Of a stretch of DNA of 64,000 bases, positions 39,601 through 51,600 are shown piece by piece; position 1 is the first letter of the stretch, and the number at the start of each line of letters is the position of its first letter. Source of the DNA: Phoronis australis (lineage: Eukaryota; Animalia; Phoronida); assembly GCA_002633005.1 (NCBI GenBank), contig NMRA01000094.1:866159-930158 (forward strand), in the 5' to 3' direction. Both the position numbers and the translations under genes were made by a program. The notes beneath the pieces were generated by a model that was not told the origin of the DNA, ran no database searches, and was given only the letters and a program-made list of their open reading frames with translations.

Positions 39601-42600
39601 ATGCAAGTGTCTGAGACTACCCTTGAATATATGCAACATTTATGATTTGACCATTTTACTTCGACAAAACAGCTTGCAACCGCATGCATTTACCGTTCGC
39701 CAGTGTCTGGTCTCGATCCGCACCGGGTCCGATAGGCTGCGGTCCCGAGTCTGGCAAAATAATTTCTGTCAAAATTTATTCGCCACATTTCTTCAGCAAA
39801 TTCCATAAAATTGTCTGTAGTTTGATTTTATCGCGCTGTCGATTTTTTATCCCCGTTTGCTGGCTGGTAACAGTACAGGCACTGCTCCAGTCGCACTGAC
39901 GGCGTTTTCTCGGCCTGGGTTCCTGAATGAATTGTACTTCCGGGTTCGCGGCAAGTTCAAAATGTCAGTGTTTCTTCGGGTGCGAATCGTGAGTGGCGCA
40001 TTCATTTAAACTGTTTTCGAGTACGGATCGTGTATTAGTTATGGGGTAGGTACTTCTTGGATCCTTATAACATCTTCTAACCATGTAATAAGTGTTAACA
40101 ACGCGTGAGAGAAGGACTTTAATCAGTTGTCAGTGTAAGATACTGGCTACAGCGGTCATCCTCTTAACTTGTTGGGCTATATGACCGAAGAACGGGAGAC
40201 CGCCATAATGTAAAGACATTACAAGACAATGGCGGATTTAAGGGGGGCCAGCGGGGCCATGTCCCACCCCCCCTATAATTCTCCCATGTTCCATTTGGCA
40301 CTTTGGGGGTGCGAATTCTGACAGGCAAAATTCTGGCTTTGACTCTGCCCTGCCCTCCCCCCCAACTCAAAATCTTGTATCTGCCCCTGCAAGAACCAAT
40401 TTTTATTTTAAGCCACTTGTCAATTGAAGACAGTGAAATAAAACACAACACGTTTGTTCAAGAACTCGATGTATTTGTAAGTGTTTTACGTCGAATTTTG
40501 TTGAGTTATTGGTGTAAAACGATGAATTCAAGCGATAAGTTGACATCAGTAAGCGTGTTGTGAACGGCTGAACAGACTACGTTCAAACCGATTACGTCAT
40601 TGGTTAATTTTAACACCTCTGTCTGCCATTAGGTGTCAGGTAAAACAACTGAACTTGCTGTTATCAAGTGGAACTACTCGATCTAAATTGATACAAAATA
40701 GGTTGTTTTTGGGTGGCATTCTCCCTTACACCTCTTGCAGGATGTCTTTATGAAATTGAGGAGATGTATTCTTACGAAGGTGATAAGGAATGACTGCGAC
40801 TTTCAGACAGATCTGACTAGTGTGTGGAGCGTAACAATCAGCAATTCTAGTTACTTAATGTTACAGGTTAAAAAAATAATAAATTGCAGGCGGTCTGATA
40901 CACGTTGTACCAGACGTGTACAGGCTGCGCATGTGAGCCCATTGCACTGATCACTGGCTAGAAACCTGACTCGAGTTTTTAACAGTGTGACCCTGTGGGA
41001 CTCGAACCCACGACCTTGAGTAAAAAAAGCAGGCATATATCACACTAAGCCACACGTCCTCCTAATGTTACAGGTTATGTCGTCCTACACAAAAATGGAA
41101 GCTGAGAATTACGCGAAAGCTGGAAGTGTGGCTACGGAAGTGTTCTCCTGTATCAAGACGGTGGTGTCCTTCAGGGGGCAGCACAAAGAGATTGATAGGT
41201 GGGTGTTAACCTATGATGATTAATGTATCCTTCAGGGGGCAGCACAACGACATTGACGCATTACGTAGAATTGTCGTGAGGACTTGACAGGGACCTCAGG
41301 GGTCTCATACTTCACTGATTTATCCACATTATTTTGAAAACGCTTTAACTGGTCACGCATTGTGTGTCATAAAAGAGATGAGCATACCTGCAGCTGGTGT
41401 AGACTCACAGTTGAACTGTGGTTTTCTGTTGACACAAGACCGTCCGGAGTTGCACCATATACCAACCCAGACGGTCTCTCACGACGATTTATCGTTATGG
41501 GTTAGGTGTTCACCTGTCGCTATTAATCCGGGCCTAGCACAAAGAGATTGACTGGTGTGTGTTCACCTGCGCTGATTAACATGTGTCCGATATATGGTTG
41601 TGACTTACTCTGCAGTATACCTTGTGTGTACTGTATATCTTGATTTTACATGTCGCATTTCAGGCATTTTGTAGCCAAAATTCAGTGGTTGTTTCGTTAT
41701 TTTGTGGTTTTTCATCATTTTTCAACAGTTTTTTTTTATTTCTCTGGTTTTTCAGTGAGCAATATGTTGAAATTGAAATAGCATTCTGATACTGTTGTCT
41801 TGACTTTCAAATTTTTAGGTACGAGGGTAATTTGAGACTCAGTCAGAGGCTTGGTATAAAACGAGTCGTTGTGTCGGGTGTTGGGTTTGGTCTCACATTT
41901 CTCATCATGTATTCCTCCTACGCACTTTCTTACTGGTATGGCTCGACTCTCATTATTCAAGGCATTCTGGATCCAGGGTCTGTTGTCACGGTATGTTCAC
42001 TTAGCAACAACTGGCATGCTTATCACAATGTTCAAGTTTTGCTTTTGTTTCTCATTTCTGCATTATTTAGATAAAAGTCGAGAGTATAACTTTAATTATG
42101 TTATGATGAACGTGTAGAAGTTGTGTATAATCTGGCGATGTATTTTAGTAAGAGGCTAACAGATAAATAAAGCCAAACAAAAATATGATGAAAATTAAAA
42201 ATGCATTGTACATTTGTGGATAGACATGTGGATGTTCAACATATAGCTTACATTTGCTCTAAAGTTTATCAGAATATTGGATTTCTGAAAGATTACGGTA
42301 AAGAACTTTTTGGATCTGGGTTCTCAGAATTTCTTCTACAAAACCTTAGTTTTGCCGTGCTTGAAACATTGTGGTGTGTGTGCTTCGATTATAGTCTCGG
42401 AGCCAGGTTATAGAGATTGCAGAAAATGACTTCATGAACTATTTTGCAAGCACATAGTACTACTCTATGTACTCTACTTTCGGCCAACTCAAACTGGATG
42501 TGTCGAGCTGTGTACAAATGCCTTTGTGGCATGGCACCTGTGTATCTTTGTGTGACAAAATTCAACCTCATAAATCAGGCTATCAATAGCCTTGCTAGGT

Positions 42601-45600
42601 CTGCTGCAGATGGCGTCTTTATCTCTATAAAGCCAGGATTAATTTTAAGAAATACTCGACACATTTGCTTCTCTGGTGACAGGCTATGGATTCTGATGTT
42701 TTTCAGAGTGAAATCCAGTTACCAAGGTAACCCGCCAGTTTTATTGGTAACCCTATTTTAATTTCAATTTGTCTTGTACCATTTTGTTAGTCAGATTTCC
42801 AATCATATTTTCTTTGTTTCTTTGACAGAACAGTACTGTAATACTGAAATGCTTTTGGTCCTTAATGGATATACTGTCTGTTTATTATGCTTAAGAAGTG
42901 CTTTATATTTCAGGTTTTCTTCTGCGTTCTTATGGGGTCGTTTGCTATTGGTGGTATGGCTCCAAATCTAGGCATGGTGACTACAGCCAAAGGATCGTCT
43001 GCAAAACTATTTGCCATCATTAACAGAGTGAGTGGTGACATCTGTGGGATGTGTTTGTAATGTTTGGAACAAATAGCAGGGAAGACTGTAACTCATTTCT
43101 TTTGTGACCTTGGACCAGTGTTTTTCTTGGGTAGTCTTTGTTTTAACGTAAGGCTGGAATACAACCCACCTGATGTCTTCTAAGCATGGCTTGACATTAA
43201 CAGTAGTCCGACCGTTCGGAGAAACCAGTTTGTAGGTTCGGACAAGCTCACGACACCGATGTGATGAGTTAGCATACTTTAATTAGTGACTTAAACTGAT
43301 TTTCTTTTAAAAACAAAGAAACTGGCATTAACTTGTGGGTGCGCTTCAATGAAATTGATTCATTTATAACCACACGGTGAAATTGTCGTCTGCGCACCAG
43401 TGCGCTGCCAGATGCCTCAAAAAGCTAAATTTCTTTTTGCGTGTGGATTTAAATCGATAAACCGTAATGAACCTGTTGTGAGGATGAGAAGAAACAAAGT
43501 AAAACACAGTATGAATTGAAAAGAAAGTACAAATTCCTTCTCCAATGGTTGGAAGAGTTCGAGTGGGTTTGTTTTGACAGCGACCACAACAAAATATGAG
43601 AAAAAATACTCCGGTGCAGTTTGGGTGTGTGTCTCACACATCAGCTATATTAGATGGTGGGTGTGGGTCTCACACATCAGCTATATTAGAGGGTGGGTGT
43701 GGGTGGATGAGGGTCTCACACATCAGCTATATTAGAGGGTGGGTGTNTCACACATCAGCTATTAGAGGGTGGGTGAGGGTCTCACACATCAGCTATTAGA
43801 GGGTGGGTGAGGGTCTCACACATCAGCTATATTAGAGGGAGGGTGTGGGTGGGTGAGGGTTTCACACATCAGCTATTAGAGGGTGGGTGAGGGTCTCACA
43901 CATCAGCTATATTAGAGGGTGGATGAGGGAGGCAGGGAGAGAGAAGACATATTTGACCAATGTTGCGTACTCTAGTGGTGTTTTTATTGTTTTTTTTTGT
44001 CCTGTTTGGGCGCCTCCCTATCCTCGAAACCACTTAAAAATCAGGATGAAATGTGGAAGGCGTGTTCTTGCTGAGGAAACCATTGCTGGCTTGCTATGAA
44101 CCCCTGAAGTGCTACTTTAAGTTTACTACCATTGCTCCATTTAGTGAGAATTTTTGAAATAATGATCATCCCTTGATACACACGGTGGGTGCATATCAAC
44201 TCTCTCTGTCTGGGTAAAATGCCTGAAGTCTTCATGTTTTCTGGTTAAATTTTTTTTCTTAAGCTGTCAGAATCAAAGCAAGGATTTACATACAACTGTG
44301 TAAGTATTGTTGTTTGTTTAGATTTACATACAACTGTGTAAGTATTGTTGTTTGTTTAGATTTACATACAACTGTGTAAGTATTGTTGTTTGTTTAGATT
44401 TACATACAACTGTGTAAGTATTGTTGTTTGTTTAGATTTACTGCTGGAGCCAGTTTTGCTTGAAACTTCAGTTTCAAACCAACTGTGAATGTTCAATCTG
44501 CCATCTTCGTTGTAGGAGCCAGCCATTGATGCCAGTAGCCCTGTTGGTAATACTAAGGACTATGTGAATGGTGCCATTGATTTTTTAAACGTTAGGTTTA
44601 GGTATCCAAGCCGTCCAGATGTACAGGTATGGTGGACATGTAATGGTTCAATTAGATTTTTATGTAGTAGGCTGACATGTTTGATCTACTAAAATTTTTA
44701 ATATAATTATTGTCTTGATCATAACGCACTTGGCTGATTTGGTTGTTATTATGTTCTTAAAATGTGAACTTTCTTTTTATAAAAGATTTGTTAAAATGTG
44801 CAAGATATAACAAACTGAAAATAATGTAAACAGATGACACTGAAAATGTAATGTAACATTTTCACTTTTGTATTTCATACTGGTAGGATGTTTGCGAAGG
44901 TACTTGTCGCAGGACGTTGTAGACACAGCTTGGTCTTGTTACTTCAGGTGCTGAATGGTCTCAATCTGTCAATCAAGGCTGGGCAAACCATCGCTCTGGT
45001 TGGCTCCAGTGGGTGTGGCAAGTCAACTGTGGTGAACTTGATACAGAGGTTCTACGACCCTGTTGGTGGGCAGGTCAGACTTAGAAACAGTGTTCCTGAT
45101 TAACATGTCTCTTGAAGACAGCAGTTGTTGTGCAACTCTTTTGATGAAGTACAAGGTTTCATGAAACGGGGTTGAGTTTCTCATGTATATATTGTGGAGC
45201 AGTGGTTCAACTGTGTCCATGACCTCTGTAATAGTGTGCGCTATGTAATACTGTGCACTATGTAATACTGTGCACTGTGTAATACTGCGCACTATAATGT
45301 CACTTCTCTGTCTGTGTTACGTGTTAAAACATTTTTAGCTAGTGCTTAACACATTTTTATTTTTGTGCTAATTAAACCACTGTGGCTATTTGTTTTTAAC
45401 CATCTTTATATAAATGCAAATCACCTGTTTACTGAATCTTTGTGATACCTACAGGTTTTGCTGGACAACGAAGACATTAGCCAATTCAATATAAAGTGGT
45501 TGAGAGAACAGATTGGTGTTGTGTCCCAAGAGCCCATCTTGTTCGGCTGTTCTATCGCCGAGAACATCGCTTATGGACAACTGGGAATTAGCCAACCTGA

Positions 45601-48600
45601 AATTGAGGCTGCAGCAAAGATGGCAAATGCTCATGATTTTGTATCAAGACTACCAAAGGTTAGTTTAACAATTGAGATGTGTGTTCAAGGAAGTGATTAG
45701 TACTAGTACATTCCTTGGTTGGAGCTGGATTTAAAACATGATGTTGTTCTTGTGAATTTGGCATTTTTATGAACTCGTGTAACCGCTGCACATTGATGTT
45801 ATCGCTGAGCGTCTGTTGTCTGCCGCTGTGATCTTCCAAAAAGATGTTTTCCTATGAAGCTGGCAGCAGATGACAAATTGTGGACCAGTACGACTATTTC
45901 TGTGCCCCCTAGTGACAATTTTAGTTTCTTTACATTTGCCTCTGTATCTTTAGAATTCCTTCATGGCATTTCAGGAAATTTGGCAAATAGGTCAAGGTGT
46001 GAGTGTATTCTGTGACATCATGTAGGCTTTTATTATTTTTTTTAGTCCACTTTTGGCGTCCTCTCTATCTGTCAAACTGCTTGAATGATCATTGTAAACA
46101 TTTGCAAAAGACTGGGTGTAACTATTTTGGTGAGCCTTAATGCAAAATTTCCTTTTATGTGTCTACGTCTGCATCTCCTTAATCCTTTGCAAGATCTTTG
46201 TGAAATTTGTCGGATGTGTTCTTCTGTAGCTGACAACACCGATGACAATGAGTTTCAGACCTATGCAATTCCCGCGTGAATGACTGTATCGCTTAACCCT
46301 GTAAAAGATCTTTGTGTACTTTAGCAAGTGTATTTGTATGAATGTGAAAACAGACGACATTTCCTTTCAGGATAATCTAACTATTGCTGTGTCATCAGTT
46401 GGCAATTTTATTTTTTTACGTTTGTCTTGATATCTCGAAGTTCCTTGACAGATTTTCAAGAAATTAAGCAAATATCTCTATAAGGGTTTTTACCGTAAAC
46501 GTTCGGGTTAACGCCCATGCTCAGTTAACCGCCCACCCCCTACTTTAGGTGGATTTTCGAATTAACCACCCACTGCTCGGTTAAAAGCCCCTATGCGATT
46601 TTTGAAGATTTCTGTTAAGCACCCACCTCTCGGTTAAGCGCCCATCCCCGACTTTTTAAGATTGAAGATTTAGCTCCCAGTGTTAGGAAACGCGCATTCC
46701 CGACTTTTAGATACAGATGATTATCACAACCAGCGCAACGACGCTGGGCCTCTGGGACGGCAGTTTGGTAATGTGAATTACAATACAAGTAACAAATTAT
46801 TGTCCTGGTCATGGACTTACTTCAAAATATAATACTTGAACGTTTTTGTCATTTTATTTTCTTCCCATGTTTGCAAACCCTACCGGCGTCAATACCTCCG
46901 CTTTCAGCGATGCTGTCTGCCGCGCTGAGTTTCCGTCTGCAGTGCACTAGATAAAACATATATTTGAAATAATCGGGCCAGAGAAATGCGACAATGGTTT
47001 TGCCAACCCTCCAAATTTTCTTTAGGTGGGAAGCTCTCATATTTTGAAGAATTAATTCCCATAACTCCTGGAAAGATGTCAAATTCTCCCAATTTTGATG
47101 AATGTCATTGCTAGGTTATCGAGGATGTGTGGCGACCAAAGGGACAGTGTGTTCCTATTCAAAACAGTGCATCTGACATTAATTAGTCTCCAACCTAGCA
47201 AGTTCTTTGTGTATCGTTATCAAATTTAGTATTTATGTAAAAAAGTCAAACTTTTCATCAGTTTTGAGACCAACAGTATTGTGAATTCTGAGTAGTCTTG
47301 CTTTACAAAGCATGGAAGTTAAAATGGTCTTCAAGCTTTTACATCTGGTTCAAACTGATGTTTCTTGTGATACATTCTGAATCATGTGTGTCTTACTTTA
47401 AACCTTACAAGTTAAATCAGACTTAATTTTTGTAATTTACAAGCTGAAGTTATGGGCTACCCTTGTAGTTTGTTGTATGAGCTGCACACGGTGGGTACAT
47501 GTCAACAATGTGCGTTGCTCATGTGTTGAAAAATTTAATGTAGCATTAGTGTTCAAAGTGAGAACAGTTGAAGTAGTGACGTTGTGAATACCTTCATTAC
47601 TGTACATCAGAACATGAGACGGCAAAGTGTATCTATCCAACAGTAACAAAACAAACATTCTTTCTCTGGTGATTGTGATGACATCATCATGGGCTGCAAA
47701 TCTCTTCATGATGAGAATAAACCTATCCCTAGCTAAGTATAAGCTTGACACGCTTATTGTGCAAGTTATGTCATCATGGGCTGCAAATCTCTTCATGATG
47801 AGAATAAACCTATCCCTAGCTAAGTATAAACTTGACACGCTTATTGTGCAAGTTATGTCATCATGGGTTGCAAATCTCCTCATGATGAGAATAAACCTAT
47901 CCCTAACTAAGTATAAACTTGAGACGCTTATTGTGCAAGTTTTCTTCTACTTACTCCACTGTCTGTTCCTTCAGGGATATGAAACGTTGGTAGGGGAACG
48001 TGGTGCCCAGCTGTCTGGTGGCCAGAAACAGAGGGTAGCAATTGCCAGAGCTCTTGTACGCAACCCTAAGGTTCTGCTTCTGGATGAAGCTACGTCTGCC
48101 TTGGACAGTGAGAGTGAGAGAATGGTACAGGCAGCTCTTGATAAGGTATGTGTGTGTGAATGGGGAGGAGTTTATTGAGGCCAGGGAGGGGTAGTGAGAG
48201 AGTGGTGCAGGCAGCTCTTGATAAGGTATGTGTGTGTGTGAATGGGGAGGGGTTTATTTGGGCCAGGGAGGGGTAGTGAGAGAGTGGTGCAAGCAGCTCT
48301 TGACAAGGTGTACGTGTGTGAATGGGGAGGGGTTTATTGAGGCCGTAGGGTGGGGTGTAGTGAAAGTTTAGTGCGAGCAGTCCTTGTGTGTGTGAAAAAG
48401 GAGGGATTTATTGAGGCTTGGGGGTGGAGTATAGAGTTGTTCAGACAACCTTTGACATATTTGTGTGTTGCCTAGGGGTTTAATTATTGTGTAGCCTGGG
48501 GTAGAGGTAGAGAGAGTGTGGTGCTCAGTTATAGATGTCTAGATAGATAGTTACTGTATAATTTCTGCATTTCTGATCGAGGGCAGGGCTCAGTTATAAA

Positions 48601-51600
48601 CTGCCAGAGAAACACCTACGGCATCGGCGCTTCTTATGGGGTGCAGAACTTGATAATAATGTCTTGAATGCGTAAGTTCTGTATTTCTGACGGAAGGCAG
48701 ACCTCAGTTGCATACACTTTGTTATCAAATATCGTTTTGCCTAATGTTAATAATGTGTGTGTGTGTGTGTGTTGATAAAACAGACAAACACTTCGTTGTC
48801 TTAATTCGCTCTTGTTTTTGGTGATTTAGCATCACTTCAAAAAGCATTCATGCACATCTTCCAGGCGAGCGAAGGCAGAACCACCGTTATAATTGCACAT
48901 CGCTTGTCTACCATTAAAAATGTCGACTTGATATTTGTCATCGAAGATGGTGCTGTCGTGGAGATTGGTCGTCATGACGACCTCATGAACAACCAGGGTC
49001 CATATTACAAGCTTGTGACTTTACAGAGGATGTCTGATGCTGAAAATGCAGTAACTCCATCTGAAGGTTAGTATGTTGATATTGTACGAGAGGTGGGTTG
49101 AATGATTAAATTGTTCGGCTTTTCAAATTGAGAAATTGAGTGACAGTCATTTGAGCCTTGTCAATGTTTTAGTCCAGTTAAGATCTTTTTTCAAATATCC
49201 CCGAAGTCCTTTTCATTTACTTTCATTTTTCAATTCAGTTCCAAACCACATTCAGGGTGGACTGCGAGTCAAAAATGGCGTGGCTGAGAGCAGTAATTTT
49301 TGATTTCTAAAATTTCTAAATGTCAATTGTTGCTTTGTCAATTCAAATCAAAGAAATCTTCCCAGCATAATTTGAATCCATGACTCAAGATTCACTCATT
49401 AACTGAACTAGCTTCTGTATCGTTTTGCAGTTAGCACATAAAAAAGAAGCTTATGTTGTTTCCAGAGCACAGTATGCTGGATGTAGCTCATTCCTACCAG
49501 AGACAGCCGTCCCTGAAGAGGTTGGACTCTGTCAAGAGTAAAGGAGGAAAGGATGAGGTGAGTGTGAATGGGTTTGATTAGCGTAGACTTGTTCTGTAGG
49601 AGAATGGTCTAGCCATCTTAGTTTCATTGTTCATTAAAGTGTTGTTATCAAGCTGCCTTGTCATATCCTACTGTTGGCCATAGTTGATCCAAGTACGAAT
49701 GGAAGTGTGCTGCTGGAGGCTTTGAAATATGCACTCGGTTGTATGTCATGTCCCCCTGTCAGCAAGACCATGACCAAGTTGTGATCCATGCAGGTCCATG
49801 AATACTGCACATTGTAACATGACATGCACTTTTCGTATAGTTCTTGTATAGAATACCCTCTGGGCTGACACAACATGAAATTGGCTACCTATTATAAGTT
49901 TTATTAGTATTACATTACTATTATTACTGTTATTACTACTATTACTGCTATTACTACTATTACTACTAACTTGGTATCATTTTCATCATCGTTATTATTA
50001 TTCTGAATATTTTAAAATTTATTTGAAGAGGACACAATACGTGTTTAGCAAAGTGCTAATACATCATGGTCCTCAAAGATTTTAAAATCGTCTCATTTAT
50101 GGGTCAATGTTTTCATCGGGCTTTCCATAGTGGACCGCGAGTGGTGTTCCAAAGGATTTTAAAGGGTTTCCTATGTTCAACCATAACAACATTGTAAAGA
50201 GTGGCTTGACAGCTGTGGATGCAGAGTAGGGCTACTTTTTGGAAACGAGGAGGTTGAGATTTAAAATCTTGCTTAGACATTGCACCAACTTCAAAAATTG
50301 ATAATTTCTGACCTATCAACAAGCACTATATTGTTTGTAAATATAACTATATCCATCTGTAGTTTGCCAAGAAGAACTGAATTCAGACTGCACAATTTTA
50401 CTCATGACTTTCATCTAATCATGAGGATACCCACCGTCTAATCATTTTTTTTCTCTTGTTGAAAACATTCCTTGTCAAAGAACTGAGGATTGTTCCACTA
50501 TGATGTGTAAGTTCAAATTTTCGTTAACTTGAACTCTGGAGGCAGACATTTTTCGATAACTAACGATTAGTCAGCTGCGGTCACTGGGTCATTAGAATAG
50601 CTTGTAATGGACATACAAAACCCACAACAATTTATGTGGAACAGGCCCCAATATTCTTAGAAAAACACAGTGATTTAACAGATTTGAACTAGTTTCATTG
50701 AAAGTGGATTGTATGGAACAAAAACCGCCAACGTCGAAGACAGTGTTGTTTAATATGAGCATTTTATGCAATGTATCAAAAGGGTAAATATACTGAATTC
50801 ATTTATGTGCGAGCTGCAATGCAAAAAATGGTGCCTCATGAGACACGTGACTTCACGTCCATTGATAATAGGATGTCCAATCTTTGTCTTTATTTACATG
50901 TACTTCGAACTAATGAACATTGACCAAATAGCAATTTTAATTCATATTTTATCTTAAAATATAATAGAAAGAGAAAGTGCAAGTTTTTATAGTCCGAAAG
51001 GCCGACAGTCAGCTTTTTGGACTATTGCCCATTTAAACTATCAACCTAGACCTGTCCAGGTTAGAGCAAAATAATCATGTCCTATTAGAGTGCAAAGTAT
51101 TTTCTATTTCCCCAGCTGGGCATCCCATTTTTATGTATACGCATCACAGTTTTACCTGTTGTTACCACCACTATTTCAGACAGGTTTGACCTCATAGGAA
51201 CAATGATATTTTTTCAGGTTTTAAGCTGTTTAAAACACGTTACTATGCCGCCACTTTTTTAAACTATCGGATCACTCTTCTCAAAGGCGATCTTTTGCTG
51301 TTGCTCTGGCAAAATCTGTCAACCTGCCGGCAAATAAATGCATACTTTTATTTCCATCCACCACAATGTCTTTAAGAAATTGTCATTGGTAATTAAGTTG
51401 GTAGACAGAAACTGACGGCATCAGAGACATTGGTTTGCTCCTTTTGTGTGGAGCATTAGGGATGACTCCAAGGCAATAAAACACTGGTAGAAATAAACCA
51501 CACTATTGTGGACTAAAACTGGTGTGTTTTTCTATCAAACTGGCTTCCGAAATTGAATTCTCCATAAAAAATTTTGTTATTGTTGTTTGTTCCCAAAGAA

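Noticed and set aside
40985-41053. tRNA gene
   Set aside because: A and B boxes are present but no convincing cloverleaf or anticodon arm; better explained as a SINE head.
1-41990. The two ABCB1 copies being alleles or an assembly inversion artefact
   Set aside because: Several exons differ by 16-26% and most introns do not align, so they are true paralogs.
47627-47974. In-frame 29-aa repeat extension upstream of exon 13
   Set aside because: Open only because the 87-bp unit is a multiple of 3. The canonical acceptor at 47974 gives the conserved NBD, and an insertion here would disrupt it.
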